64,000 bases of DNA from Malacoraja senta (taxonomy: Eukaryota). The notes beneath the pieces were generated by a model, which saw only the letters and a list, made by a program, of their open reading frames with translations, was not told the origin of the DNA and searched no databases. Each line of letters begins with the position of its first letter. The first letter of the stretch is position 1. Both the position numbers and the translations under genes were made by a program. Below are positions 33,501 to 48,500 of this stretch, one piece after another. Where the stretch lies: contig CM075996.1 of the NCBI GenBank assembly GCA_038087875.1, forward strand, positions 4,464,001 through 4,528,000, read 5' to 3'.

Positions 33501-36500
33501 ACCTATTTGTTACAGTTTTCAGGCTCCAATGCCTTCTCCCCAAAGGCAGGAGTGAAATGAGAGCGTGGCCAGGGTGGTGTGGGTCTCTGATAATGCTGGC
33601 TGCCTTTTTGAGGCAACCAGTCAATATGCTCTCTACTGTACACCTGTGGAAGTTCAAGAGAGTATTTCTCAACATAACGAAGTAGAGTCGTTGAAACCAG
33701 AGATGTTGTTGGGTGGATGGTGGGATGGATGATGCTCATTTAAGAGTCTGTTTAAACAACATAGTCCCGATCTCCCAGCCTACTTCATTGCGGCCCTTGC
33801 ACTTTTTTTTATTTACACTTTCTCTGTATTTTTATCTATGCCTTTACCTATTGTACTTGTGTGTGGCTTTGATTATATTCTGGAGTAGGTTGATTTTATT
33901 GAGTTTCTCGCTTTTCATTGTATCTCGGTACATGTGACAATATGTTGACAAGTCATCACCAATACCAATGATAAAAATTGTTTTGGAGAGGGTTGCTGGG
34001 TTTATGAATGGAGGGAGAAGTAGGGGTAATATTTGTAAGGGTGTGGAACCAGAGCTTTGTTGATTCATATTCAGAATGTGCTGCCTCTAGTAAGGCTAAT
34101 GTTTATCACACAATCCTAAGTGGCTTGTTGGGTCATTTCAGAGGCCCGTCAATAGAAGATCTTGTTCCTTGTGTTTGAGTCACACTAGTTAGGTGGGCAG
34201 CAGATTTCCTTAAGTTAGAGGGAGTTAGTGATTCTTGGGTTTTAATCACAGTTTGAAGGTTTTTAGAACTTTTACTTTTGGAATGACTTAATTAGATGAA
34301 TTCAATTAACTTTTCTGCCATGAAGCAATATGAGAGTGGTGACTGGTCCAAGCCTTGTGTATAATTCCATCAGTATAACCATCATGTTACTATACCCATA
34401 AATACAGGCTTGCCTTCAAGTTATACAAATTTGCCCTTTGGTTTGGGAAAAAAATGCTTCCCTTCATTAAGAGCATACCAATTCTAAATTTCACATACGA
34501 GTTGCTTGCACCAGGTATTTCATAACTGATTGATATTTATTCTGATTCCTCAACCCTAGTTTTGGGCTTGAGAGAAGTCTTTCTTAATATATCCAATGGG
34601 GGAGTTGAAATGATTTTTGTTAAACATTCGGCTTTCGTGTTATTGTGAATCTTGTTTACCCCAGCTGCAATTCCCCTTTGGATCACTGTGTTTTGATCTT
34701 TTCAAAGTAATAAACAACTTGGTTTATTCTAGAGGAATGCACCTGCTCCGTGTGAATGCAGACAGTTTAGAACATTCTATCCTTATCCTTATTATTTACT
34801 TCAACATCAAGACTAATCAATGTTGATCAAGCATAGAAAAAGCATCCACTCGAATGACAAACCAACAGAATTGAAATCAGATGGCCCATACATGGAGACC
34901 ATCCCCATGGCCAATCAAGAAGGATGAAGTAGGGATCACAGCACCATTTGGCACGTTGGCCCATGAATAAAGCTGTTGATTTGAGAAATGAAAGTCACTG
35001 AAATATTGCTCCACGATGAATTTACTTTCGACTGAGGATGTCTGAGGAGAAGACAAACAAGTGGGCAAATATAGGCTTCTGTGCATGCCCAAATTTCTTC
35101 AGTCTAATACCCTCTCAACCAAAGATCCTATAGCGGAGCAAGATAGACCACTCCTTCTAAATGCAATGGGGTGAGGTGTAGTACGCAACGGAGCAGAACG
35201 TGGGCCTTTTTTTCATCCATTTCATTGGCTATATTTAAGAGGGAGTTAGATGTGGCCCTTGTGGCTAATGGGATCAGGGGGTATGGAGAGAAAGCAGGTA
35301 CAGGATACTGAGTTGGATGATCAGCCATGATCATATTGAATGGCGGTGCAGGCTCGAAGGGCCGAATGGCCTACAAACCCTGCACCTATTTTCTATGTTT
35401 CTATGTTTCAGTAACCTGACCCGACCCGACCCGACTCGCAGTGTAATCAACGTTGCAGGGGAACAGTTTGTGTTAATAAATTATAATTCTGAAAATGAGG
35501 AGAATATTTTTACCAAAGTACTTTTATTTTTACGAGGATGTTTCCGTAACCGGCTTCCGTCTCCGCACTAGTTATCTTTGCTCCACTATGGGATCTTTGG
35601 TGCGGAGACGGAAGCCGGTTACGGAAATGGGGCCGAATATTACCCATGAATCTGCCCATGACCGTCTTTTTCGTCGAGTGACCTATCTTGCTTGCTATAG
35701 GATCTTTGCTCTCAACAGCCAGGTTCTGGGAATTCATTCAAACTGATGACCTATTCTTCCTTGTCATTCCCACAAAATCATGACCTCAGTGTTGTGAACC
35801 GGGGGACATGAGTTCACATAACAAGGTCATATAAGGCCAGCACAGATCAGAGCGATCACTTTGTCTGGCAATGTAGCCTTGAGGGTTCTGGAAGTGTACT
35901 CCTCCAACCGCCTTGTGCTCCAATTTGGCTGGCAATGAAAGAGCCGATGGGTGAAGGGAAATATTGAGGTGACTAAGGAAGTACGGTTGCGGTTGATAAC
36001 AGTTAAGGATAAATGCTGGCTCGGAGTTTGTTGCAAGACCACGTAAAGATGACTAAACACGTGGGGGTTCAGCTATATGAATGTTGTGGCGTATTTAGAG
36101 CGGAGCACAAATGGAGGTGGGTGGTCATGTGGCAGATGTGCAGGTGTAAACTCACTTCAAGGTCATATTTAACACCATGGTAGTCTGATTCAGTTTAGGA
36201 TAGTTGTCAAAGAGGGGGGGAGTCAGTGGCAAGGGAATGACATTTTTTTACGGGGATTAAAGATAGTGGCTTCAATATTCATGTTTGGCTGAAATATCTC
36301 AGCTCATCTAGTATACTGGATGTTGTACATGTTATCTGAAGTCGTGAGTGGAGGGAGCCTATGACACAACCTATTTTAGAGTTCACCTGCAAACTTACTA
36401 ACCGTGCCTTGTTATATTCTAATCCAAATCACTGATATAGATGATGATAGGCCCAGCACTGACCCCTGAGGCACATCACTGTTCAAAAAAAAAATGTTCA

Positions 36501-39500
36501 CCTTCACCCCCTGCTTCCAGCCATTTAAAAAGATCATCTGGTCAAAACCTTGATGCTATTTGTATGGCATACTTGGTTATGTATTTTCTTCATTTTCTTC
36601 ATTTGAGTCTGAAGAAGGGTCTTGACCCGAAACGTTGCCTATTTCCTTTGCTCCATATATGCTGCCTCACCAACTGAGTTTCTCCAGCATTTTTGTCTAC
36701 CTTCTTCATTTTCAATGATCTGTTGATTATTCTTCAGAAGTACTCTATTGACTGCGATAGTCATGGGGAATTCATGAGGTCATATAACAAGGTATATTAA
36801 TACCAATCAGTTAATCCTTTCGATTAAGTAACCAGCTCAAGACCTTTTACTAATGAAATTCAGTGGTTCATTTTTATAAACATAATCATTCCTGTAAATA
36901 TAATCAGTCCTGAAATTTGATCATTAAAGTGTTATGAATGTCAGATGTGTGATATTTGTTTTTTATATTTAGTAATTTATTGCAATGTTTTTTTATGGAA
37001 TTGGCAGGTTCATTGTACACAAAAATCTGGTAATAAACATTGGGTGTGAAGGATATTTTTAGAAAATTGTAGGGTTAAAACTGGAAACGCCCATGAAAGT
37101 CTGCTTTAGCACGTTTGTTTGCATTCTTGACATACTTGTTCATTGTCAGTATTTGCAATGTTAAATTAAGTTTTCCATGCATGTTGATGAGTCGTCCAAT
37201 TATAGTTGGTTATCGCTGCACTAGAGAGCTTTGGATTCTGAAGGTAGACAAGAATGCTGGAGAAACTCAGCATCTATGGAGCGAAGGAGATAGGCAATGT
37301 TTCGGGTCGAAACCCTTCTTCAGACGATTCTGAACGACTGTTTGTTTAAGAAGGAACTGCAGATGCTGGAAAATCAAAGGTAGACAAAAGTGCTGGAGAA
37401 ACTCAGCGGGTGCAGCAGCATCTATGGAGCGAAGGAAGAAGGGTTTCGGCCCGAAACTTTGCCTATTTCCTTTGCTCCATAGATGCTGCTGCACCCGCTG
37501 AGTTTCTCCAGCACTTTTGTCTACCTTGAACGACTTTTTCATAACTTTTAAATATTCTGCCTTCATACTCCTGATGACTCAATTGATTTAAGACCAAAAG
37601 TGAACAAAATATCCATTAAGTGATTTAGTTGAAAAGCAGCAGAAATTTCTCACCAGTATATTTTTCATGTAGAAATGCAGCTTTGTCAATTATTTTTACG
37701 TGTGTCCTTTTGCCCTTTGTTGTTTTTCTGGGTAGCTATGGATGTCCTTGCAACCCTTTTCTGTTTGACAGTTCCTTGGCATCAGTGGTGACTTACTTGC
37801 ACTCCATTTTTATGGATTGTGAGTGTGATAGATCAATTGTCTCCACAATTTGGGGCAATTAGGGATGGATAGTAGATGCCATTGTTGCTAGTGATATCCA
37901 AATGAATGAATGAAATATGAATATTTAGTGCTGACACTTCTTCAAGACATTGGGAATCAATTTTGTGTTATTTTGAGCTTGGTGGTTATTATTTTTTGAA
38001 CAAATCATCAATTCATTCTCAAAGAAATTTAGCAATCAAGTATTTTTGCCTTCTCTTTCTAAATAGATCTTTGCTTTGTTCCTTAGACCAAGGGATGCGA
38101 TCAGGGCCTTGAAGAAGAGGCTTTCGGGAAACAAAAACTTCCGGGAAGTGATGTTGTGCCTGACGGTTGGTCTTGTGTTTTGCCTTTAACTTAAAATCAT
38201 TTGTGTTAAGAGCATTGTAATGACAAATTAATTGGTGCTCTGTGAATCAAGGTGTGCTAAGTGTAGATTTGTCTCTTTTTTTTTTACAAAAACAGGTTCT
38301 AGAGACCTGTGTGAAAAACTGTGGCCACCGATTCCACGTGCTGGTGGCCAGTCGTGACTTTGTGGAGGATGTGCTCGTGAAAACCATTCTGCCCAAGAAC
38401 AATCCACCCAATATAGTGCAGGATAAAGTGCTGAGTTTAATCCAGGTACGAGACACCTATCGTAGACTGCTGGTCTACGATATTTAATCAATTGGCAGAG
38501 GTCATTAGAAGTGTACAAATCGATAACAGCAGACCAACTGATCCAACAACCCATAGAGTGATCAGAGCATCATGCTTCAACTGCTCCAAATTGCCAGCTC
38601 ACTTATTTTGTAACCATCTGACGTGGAAGGGGCAGGAATGGTGTAAATCCTAGGCAACTAATGACAATCATCAATGCAAAAATCTTAGATATTCCGGATT
38701 TGTTTTTGTTGCTAATTCTCACATAATTCCACATTTTGATTCTCTCCTCCGTAGTGTAGGCTAACAATCGATCAAAATAATGAATGAGTTGCACATTTTC
38801 CTAACAGAAGGCTGAGGAGGCCATGTCAATGAATATTTTTAAGGCGGAGATTGGTACGGGATTATGGGGAGAAGGCAGGAGAATGGAGTTGAGAGGGAAA
38901 GATAGATCACCCATGATTGAATGACTTGATGGCCCACATGGACCAATTCAGCTCCTATAACTTCTGAACTTACTAAATCTACAAGAAACAGAAATGCAGA
39001 ATGTTCATTTCCTTAGGAAGATATATCGGCTTTAGAATGCAAGATGCACAGATTTACCAGAATGATTAGTCTACCAGCACACGTTACCTGGACAAGCCTT
39101 TTAGATTGTGAACATAGATTAAGGAGAGCTCTGGTGAAAGCAGTTTAAAAAGTTGATAGAGTAAATAATGGAACTATTTATTCTGTTGGGACAGCATGAT
39201 GTAAGTTAGCAAAACTTTAATGTTTGGATCATACGGCATTAAGGAGTAAGTCCTCAATTGGAAATCTGGATTTTTCGCACTGTTGTTGAGGTTTAAACAA
39301 CAGTGCAGCTGTACCTTTATTCTGCAAGGGTACTAGACTTGAAAAACAAAAGCAGGAACATTTTTGGCTGAGTTGGAAGCCATTTTGTCACAGTGCCAAT
39401 TGAAACAGTACGACCCAGCTAAATCTACATTTCCAGTGCTTAACCCACAGACATTTGTTGCTGCTTTTCTGATTATCCGCACTGTTTAAATTTGGTTCTG

Positions 39501-42500
39501 CGACCCTTACTGCAACCCTTTTATTTTCTAAATTCAGTGCTTCCTGATTATTGACTTCTGTGAAGACAAATAAATTGTCCCCATTAATTGTCCCCATAAA
39601 CTGATACTATTTCAGATACCCTCACTGGCACTTTATCAGTGGGACGGGTAATTTTGTTTGAAAGCTGCGATTTATCTGTCCCATGATGAGAGATGGTTAA
39701 AAGATAAAAGCAGACACGTTTAAGAAATATGTAAAAATGTTAATCCTATGTTTTTAACTTTGGGTGCAGGCTTGGGCTGATGCTTTCCGGAGTACTCCAG
39801 ATCTCACAGGCGTTGTGACTGTTTATGAAGAACTGAGGAGAAAGGGACTAGAGTTCCCTATGACTGATCTTGATGCATTGTCTCCCATCCACACGCCTCA
39901 GAGAGTAAGTATGAGATGAATGTGTGGGAAGGAGCTGCAGATACTGGTTTAAACTGAGGATAGACAAAATGCTGGAGTAACTCAGCAGAACAGGCAGCAT
40001 CTCTGGAGAGAAGGAATGGGTGACGTTTCGGGTTGAGACCCTTCTTTAGACTAAGAGTCAGGGGAGGGGGAGATACGGAGATAAGGAAGTGTCAGGTGTG
40101 AGAACCAGACATCAAAGGGGGGAGAGATCAAGGAAAATGTAGAATAAATCATTGTTAGCCAGGAGAAGGTAACAACAAAGCAAAGATTGATAAAATGTAA
40201 TCAGGGACAGTCAGACTGGTCGGAGAACTGGGAAGGGGGAGGGATGGAGAAAGAGCGAAAGCAAGGGTTACTTGAAGTTAGAAAGAGTATTAAGCTGAAT
40301 CCTGGTTAGTGTCTACCCCCACTACATTGATTTAATGTGCTAGTGAACAGTTAAACCCCTGTCCCACGGTACGAGTTCATTCCAAGAGCTCTCCCGAGTT
40401 TGCCCTGATTTGAACTCGGAGATTTACGGTAATGGCCACTCGTCGGCACTCGGGGCTCTCGTGGACATTTTTCATCATGTTGAAAAATCTTCACGAGTCT
40501 TCCCGTGCTTACCTGCCGTTAGCGAGTCTTCCCGAGTACCTGCCGTTAGCGCTAAGAGACGTCCCCGAGCTCCGACGTACCCGCTACGTTCATTCTCCGT
40601 GCTTACCACGAGTTTGATTTTTTTTTAACTCGGGGGAGCTCTTGGAATGAACTCGTACCGTGGGACAGGGCTATTAAAATCCTTAAACTAAGTTGGTTTG
40701 GTAGAGTCTGAATATCTTTAGCATTTAATGATTTAGGTCTTTGATGATTTAGGCTTTTGAAGATGTGGATATTTGACAACAGCATTGATTCTAAGAAAAC
40801 CTGCAGGTATAAACTGGTCAGACGTATCATTTGTGACTGATTTTAGTCTACCAGTGCTGCAATAATTATTTGGAGAGCAAAACAGCATATGATCTACGTC
40901 TTTGCAACTGGGTTTGCACTTTGTCAGGCCATCATGTCAAGTATGAGATGTTCAAGGAGATGGTTGATAACCATGTTTTGGAAGGTTGATGTTTTGGAAG
41001 GATGGAGGAGGGAACGGAAACATATACAATGCCAGCTAGGGAATAGGGAAAGGGAAATTGTTTGATCAGCTGTTTTGCCACCATGAGATCATTTGAACAG
41101 GCAGTCAGTCTAATGGCCAAGACAGGCTTGAAGCTATTATGGAGGAGAAATTAGCTTCACTCTTGAGATTAGAAAAGCATTGTGGGTCGTTTGATTTGGC
41201 AATCATAAGTTTGCTAAAGATATGTTTAGTTTTGAGAGATAGCGTCGAACCAGGCCCTTAGGCCCACTGAGTCCACGCCAACCATCTGTTCACACTGGTT
41301 CTATGTTTTCCCACTTGTGTATTCTACACACTAGGTACAATAAACCTCCAAACGGCAAGTCTTTGGAGTGTGGGAGGAAACCACAGCCTTCAGGGAAAAA
41401 CCCATGTAATTACAGAGAGAATATGTAAACTCCACACAGGCAACACCCATAAACAGGATTGAACCTCTGGCGCTGTGTGGCAATAGTTGTTCTGTATCTT
41501 TGTTCATGAACTCTTTGGAGGTGAAGAGTAGTGGAAAGATGTTCAAAGAGATTTGGTGATGGGAAAGAACTGGATACCTCTATGTGGAGAAAATCCTAGA
41601 GCAGATTTTTTATTTATTTTAAAAACAAGCAAATCCCAATACAGCTAGATGTGAAATATGTGGATCAGGCAAAATGGATGGTGACACTAGTTGGCCGTAT
41701 CCATATCTTGTTGTACATGCGTGTTGTAGGCCAGAAGCAGCAGTCAATAGAGCTGAAAAGCAAAGGTATTAAGGATGCAGGTGAGACTATCTGACCACAG
41801 AGACCAAAAGCTGGACAATTGGGAGTTAGACGTCCAATTGAAGATGACAGTGTTTGCAGGAGATGCTGGAGAAAAAGTGGGCTAGAAATGGTCATCCTGA
41901 CTCTATTTATGATATGCTAGCAGAAGACGGGTCAAAATCAAGGAATGTCTGTCAATGTAAGCAAGAGTTTGTATGGATGGAGAGAATATCTAGGAGAGCC
42001 ATCATATTGAAGGAGACTAGATTATTTTGACATTGAAATCACTGAATCTAAAGGAAGACACCTCAATGGAAAACAGCTTGATGAAGGAGAATAAGGTCTC
42101 GAAAGGGTTGTGAGGCAATGAGTTTATGGTGGGGGAAGGTGGAGAGGTATCAGAAGGATAATGGGGAGGGAGGATGATCAAGGTGGGATTTGGTAAAGAG
42201 AGAGTTCTTTGCTGAGAATGTTTTGGTGGGACATGAGAAGATAAAATAAAGTAGATGACTTTAGTAAATGTGATATTGAATATAACCAAAATTATATCAA
42301 AATTACTTTTAAGGTTATGGATGGCAAAGGTCTCATTCACAAACTCGCATTCTGCAGGGAAATATAGAGAGCTGAATGATTGTCATTCATAAAATGATGA
42401 GGGACATAGATAGGGTAGACAGTCAGAAGTATTTTTCCCAGGTGGAAGTCCCAAAGACTGCTTTTAGGTAATAGGGGGCAAATGGACTGCCCAGTCCATC

Positions 42501-45500
42501 ATCGATTCTGACCTCCCCACCATCGAGGGGATCTACCGCAGCCGCTGCTTCAAAAAGGCTGGCAGCATCATGAAGGACCCACACCATCCTGGCCACACAC
42601 TCATCTCTCCGCTGCCCTTAGGTAGAAGGTACAGGAGCCTGAAATCTGCAACATCCAGGTTCAGGAATAGCTGCTTCCCCACAGCCACCAGGCTATTAAA
42701 CTCAACATACAAAACTCTGAACATTAATATCCCATTGCACTTTATCTGCTTATTTATTTATGTGTGTATATATTTATTCAATGTTATGTGGACACACTGA
42801 TCTGTTCTGTATTCATGCCTACTATATTCTGTTGTGCTGAAGCAAAGCAAGAATTTCATTGTCCTATCTGGGACACATGACAATAAACTCACTTGAATCT
42901 TGAAATGTAAAGGAGATGTGCTGGACAGGGTTTTTTACACAGAGAGTGCTGGATGATTGGAACGTGCTGCCAGGGGTGGTGGTGGAGGCAGATACGATAA
43001 TGGCATTAAGAGGCATTTGGATAGGCATGTGGTTATGCAGGGAATGGAGGGATATAGATCACATGTAGCTAGAGGAGATTAGTTTAGCTTGGCAGCATAT
43101 TTGATGCGGATATTGTAGATCGTTGGGCCTGTGTCTGTGCTGTACTGTTCTGTGTTGTGCTTTTTGGTCTAAAGAGGCACTGATAAGTGAATTAAACACA
43201 ACAGGAAGGAGATTGGCATGATTAGCCATCAGTGAGAAAGAATGGTTGTCTGGATGAGTTTGATGCTTATCGAGGGAGCAAACTGTAGAATCTACAGTGT
43301 ACATGCTCTGTGGATTCTTCCATGAATTGCCAGCACATCCATGTCTTTTCAAACCTGCAGGAAGACAGGAGTGAGGAGAGAATAAGTGTTCTGTCTGCTC
43401 AGAGAGGAAGAGAGAGATACAGCATGGAAACAGGTCCTTCGGCCCATCAATTCCACGTCGACTATCGATATAGTTCTGTGTTATCTCAAAGATAGGCACA
43501 ATATGCTGGAGTAACTCAGCGGGACAGGCAGCATCTCTGGAGAGAGGGAATGGGTGACGTTTCGGGTTCAGACTGAGTTACTCCAGCATTCTATGTTATC
43601 TCACTTTTGCATCCACTTCCTACGCACCAGGGGCAATTTACAGAGGGTCAGATTGAACATGCAAACTCCACACAGACAACACCCGAGGTCTGGATCGAAC
43701 CCAGGGTCACTGGCGTTGTGAGGCAGTGGCTCTACCGGTTGCGCTACTGTGCGTTTACATTGAAAAAAATATTTTTGTTCAGCCTTTCCCAAAGTGTTAA
43801 TAGCCTTGGACAAACCGTTTTGTGCTGACGTTGCATCACAGATTTCTAAATATAGAAACCTCATTGTTGTTGAAAGTTTGAGTGTTCCGCTGACTCCTTT
43901 AGATAGCTCCAGTGACCTGTATCTTATTCTGGAACATCTCCGCTCCAAACAAGAAATGTTCCAGCTCATGTACCCAATGTAGGAAGGTCGATGAGTCCCA
44001 GCCTATCAAAGAACTGAGAACATCTGAGGAGTAACTCACTCAAGCTCTTTAAGATTATGGAACTGTTTCCCAAAATGAGTGTGGAGAGAATTGCATGTAA
44101 AAGATATCATTTTGAGTTAGTCCTGGTGTTGTGGAGGATGTTTAACCTCAAACTCCGATTGCTGTTTGTAAGTCTCACTTCTGCTTTCCCCCATAACATC
44201 ACAGTGACTGCAGTTTCAAATATATATTTTCCATTGATGTACTGTGATTTGAGATATTTAAGAGTATTAAAAAAAAAACATGTGCCTTTCAACATTTGTG
44301 CTGTGGGCTATTTTTATTAAGCATTTCTTTTGTTACAGAACCAAACATCTGTATGTAAAAAAATTGATAAAAATATTATTTGGAGCTCTTCCACTGAGGC
44401 ACCAATGACTTCCCTTTTAGGAGCAGCAGTCCCATCAAGACCACCACTGTCTCTTGCACAGACAATGTAAAATTTTGTACATTAACCAAACAGGTTTCAA
44501 TTGTATTTCCAGTGTGAAATTGTAATTAGGCTACACACTAGAACTAATTAAGGAGAAAATCTTCTCTGATTCAGGTTATAAATATCATCCGATGACTTCG
44601 AAAGTACTTCCACGTAATCATTAGGAAGGGAGACACGAGGAACTGCAGATGCTGGAATATTGAGTGAAACACAAAGTGCTAGAATAACTCAGCAGGTCAG
44701 GCAGCATCTGCGGAGAGAATGGTTTGGTTCGGGGCCCTTCAGAAAATGCATAAGAAGAGATCCATTTTTGTGTAGGAAAGAACTGCAGATGCTGGTTTAA
44801 ATCAAAGATAGACACAAAATGCTGGAGTAACTGGAGTAATGAGCCTGTTAAATCATCATCTAATCTTCTCCAACTTTTATTATCTCTTGTGGGTCAAAGT
44901 AAATACGACATAGTTACATCTCTAACAGTGCAATTATTCTGTTGTGCAGCTGCTCCTCATGGTTAAAGTTTGGAAACTTTGCATTACCTATATCTCTGCT
45001 TACAAATGCTTATTTTCTGCTTTGCTTTTCAGACCACTCCTGAAGTTGACCCGGCAGTGTCACAGAATTCCGGTGCCGTGCCGTCTGCACTGTTCCCCGT
45101 CTCTGAACAACCCATTCCAGTAGCATCATCAGAAGGTGGAATTACTCCTTCCCTTGAACAGGTAAAGTATAGTACTGTGGGCTTTGTGGCTGCATATCTA
45201 GGATTAATTAAGGTTTCAAGGTCAGTTTATTGTCACATGTACCAGTTAAGGTCCAGTGAAATTTGAGTTACCACACAGCCGTACTAAGTGAAAAGCAACA
45301 AGACACACAGCCACATAAAAGTTAACATAAACATCCATCACATTCCTCACTGTGATGAAAGGCAATAAAGTTCAATCTCCTTCTTCTTTGTTCTCCTGCG
45401 GTGGGTCGGGGCAGTCAAACCATCTTCTATCCCCAGAATGGAATGTGATGGCTCAGAAGTTCAGCAGTTAGTACTCCTGCCTTCAGCTCCAGTCATATAT

Positions 45501-48500
45501 GTTTCACCATTACTTCCGGTCCTATGTTTGTGGAGTTTGCACGTCCCCCTTGTGACTGTGTGGGTTTGCTTTGTATTCTGGTTTCCACCAACATTCTAAA
45601 ATGTAGTTGACGGTATTTGCTGCTTAAATTGCCCCCAGTAGGTGGTACAACAGTCAAAGGGAAGTTGATGGGGACGTGAAAGAGAATAGCCTTTGGGGAC
45701 ATGCGACTGATGGCATTGCTCTGGGAGCTGGCATGGACCCAGTGGGCTGAATGGTCTCCGATTGTAAGATAACAATTATGACCAGCTCTGGTAGTATCTC
45801 TTTATTCATGAAATATGATTTGGAATTTCAGGCTTGTTTTTACCCCCACATAATTGATATTCCATTTGATATATATATTTACATGATTCTTTGCATTCTC
45901 ACACTGCTCACACTGCTACCCAGCTTCGTCTCAGCAAAACTTGGATATATCTCATGCGTGCCCCTCATTGAAATCATTGATGTATGGGCATTCCAGTAAT
46001 CACATTCTGAGTTTAATTTAGTTTATTGACACAGTGAAAAGCGTTTGTTGCGTGCTAACCAGTCAGTGGAAAGACTATACACGATCGAGCCTTCCGCAAT
46101 GTACAGGTGACGAGGGGCAGTCTGGCAACCCGAAAAGGACGCATTTATTCCTTCTATTTATATAGTCATAGAATCTTACAGGGTGTAAACATGCCCTTCA
46201 GCCCAACATCGACCAACATGCCCCCTCTACACTTGTCCCACCTGCCTGCGTTTGGCCCATAATCCCTCTAAAGTTTCTAAACCTACCCTATCCATGTATC
46301 TGTCCAAATACTATTTAAACTTTGTAATAACTAACGTCTCAATCCATGTTCCCTAGTTCATTTTATATAACCTTTTGTCTGGCCTGATTGAAGACCTTTT
46401 GAAACTCTATACATGACATCAACTGGTTTGCCTTTAATTTTTCTGCTGGACACCACCTCAAACAAAAAAGATTTGTCAAACATGATTTCCCTTGCTTATC
46501 TCGGTTTGAGTCTTTATCTTCTCATAATCTTTATACCACGTCCTTAACAACATGTTACAGTATTTCCTCCATTACTGATGTTGACTAACTAGTCTTTACT
46601 TCCCCTTTTTACATGCCCCTTCTTTCTTTATATAATGGAGATACATTTGCTACTGTCCAATCCATTACATTTGGGAAGATAAAATTAATACATCTCCAAG
46701 GTTACTTCCTTCAAACCAAAGATCCTTGAAATTTATTGCCTTCTAATTCGATTAGTATCTCCAATACATGAACTTCTCTGGCCGCATGTGAAGTACTAAA
46801 TGACTGGAGGACAGCAACTGTCGTACTAGTATTAAAAAAAAACCTGCAGAGATGAATTACATAATTACAGGCTGAAGAGTTTACATTAAATGGTCGTATT
46901 GGTTTAAAAAATTTGTTATTGGTTATTGGTTTAAAAAATTGTGGAACAGGATTAGTCTGCATTCAGAGAGGCAGGATTGTTCAAAGATATTCTTCATTGC
47001 TGTAAGCAACAATGTTGTTTGATTAATTTGACTTTGGTTATTTCTGAAAAAAAATTCATTGTTAATGACAGTAATTAACTTGATGTAGTCTACATGGACT
47101 TGTATTATAAAGCTGTTGATACGGTCCCACATTCAAAATGTAAGAAGACATACATCAAAATGGTGGAATCCTAGGGATGTACTGTTCATGCGGCACAGTG
47201 GTTCAGCTGGTAGAGCTGCTGCCGCAGTGCCAGAGTCTCGGGTTTGATACTGACTTCAGGTGCTGTTTGTGTGGAATTGCATGTTCTCCCTGTGTGGGTT
47301 TCTCCGGGTGCTCCTGTTTCCCTCCACATCCCAAATGTGCGGGTTTGTAGGTGAATGGGCCCTGTGACTAGAATCAATTGGACTGCTCTCACAAAGGGTT
47401 TGCAACAGGCACCAACATAAGTGTATGATGATCTGCTGCATCATTCTGTTTTACTGTAATTGAATGCCTCACTTACTGGATAGAAAATATGTGCTTTGGT
47501 GTCTGGACCTTTCCTTTCTATCAAGCAAACCAACATTGTCAACTCAAATGATTATAATTGCCAACATCTTACAATGTTAAGACTTGTGCCTGTTTATTTG
47601 AGCAATTAATACACATAATGTTATCATGTGAAGAGACAATTATTTTTTGAATGTAGTCATTGCTTTTGAACAACTCCGGGTATGACTGAACATGGAGCTT
47701 GCTGAGTGCTAAATTATTTACTTTCGCATCATATAATATAATTTCTCTGGTGTTGAATACTGTTGCATCATGAGTGAGCCAAGCCATCACCAGAGAGAAT
47801 GGCAGCAAGCTCGCCAAATGTTTTATACTTGAGTCAGTATTTGCTGGAGGCACCTAGAATAACTAAAACGCAGACAATATGCGCTTCTTTGACCTTGACT
47901 TTTAAATCGTGTTTTGCAGGTTGCGAAACTGCGGAGTGAACTGGATGTCGTTAGTGGTAATGTCAAAGTGATGTCTGAAATGCTGACCGAGATGGTCCCA
48001 GGTCAAGAAGATTCCTCTGACCTTGAACTATTGCAGGTGAAATACAAATCTGAAATAAGATCAGGCCATTCATCCACTTGCTTCAGTATTGCCACTCAAT
48101 TAAGTTAGGGTTCATCTGTGTCCCAAATTTCATTTGCCCACTTTGTAATATGTTAAGTGAAATGGAACAGGGTAGGACTAGGTGCAGGGTTCGGAAGTGA
48201 TAAACTTTTGGCCAGATGCAAAGTTAAAACAACTATCTTGTTGTATGTTAAATATCTTTGACAACCCGCAATCCCACATCACCAAGATGCCCCATCTAAG
48301 CTAGTCCTTGATTGCTGTTATAGTATCTGCCTCAACTACTTCCTCTGGCAGCTAGTTCATGCTCACCCCCTTCTGTAATGACATTCAATTTAAAAATTAA
48401 GTGAAAAACTTGCCCCATAGGTTTCGATTAAACCTTGCCCCTCTCACCTTCAACCTTTTTCCTCTGGTTCTTGATTCCCTTATCCTGTGTAAAAGATTCT

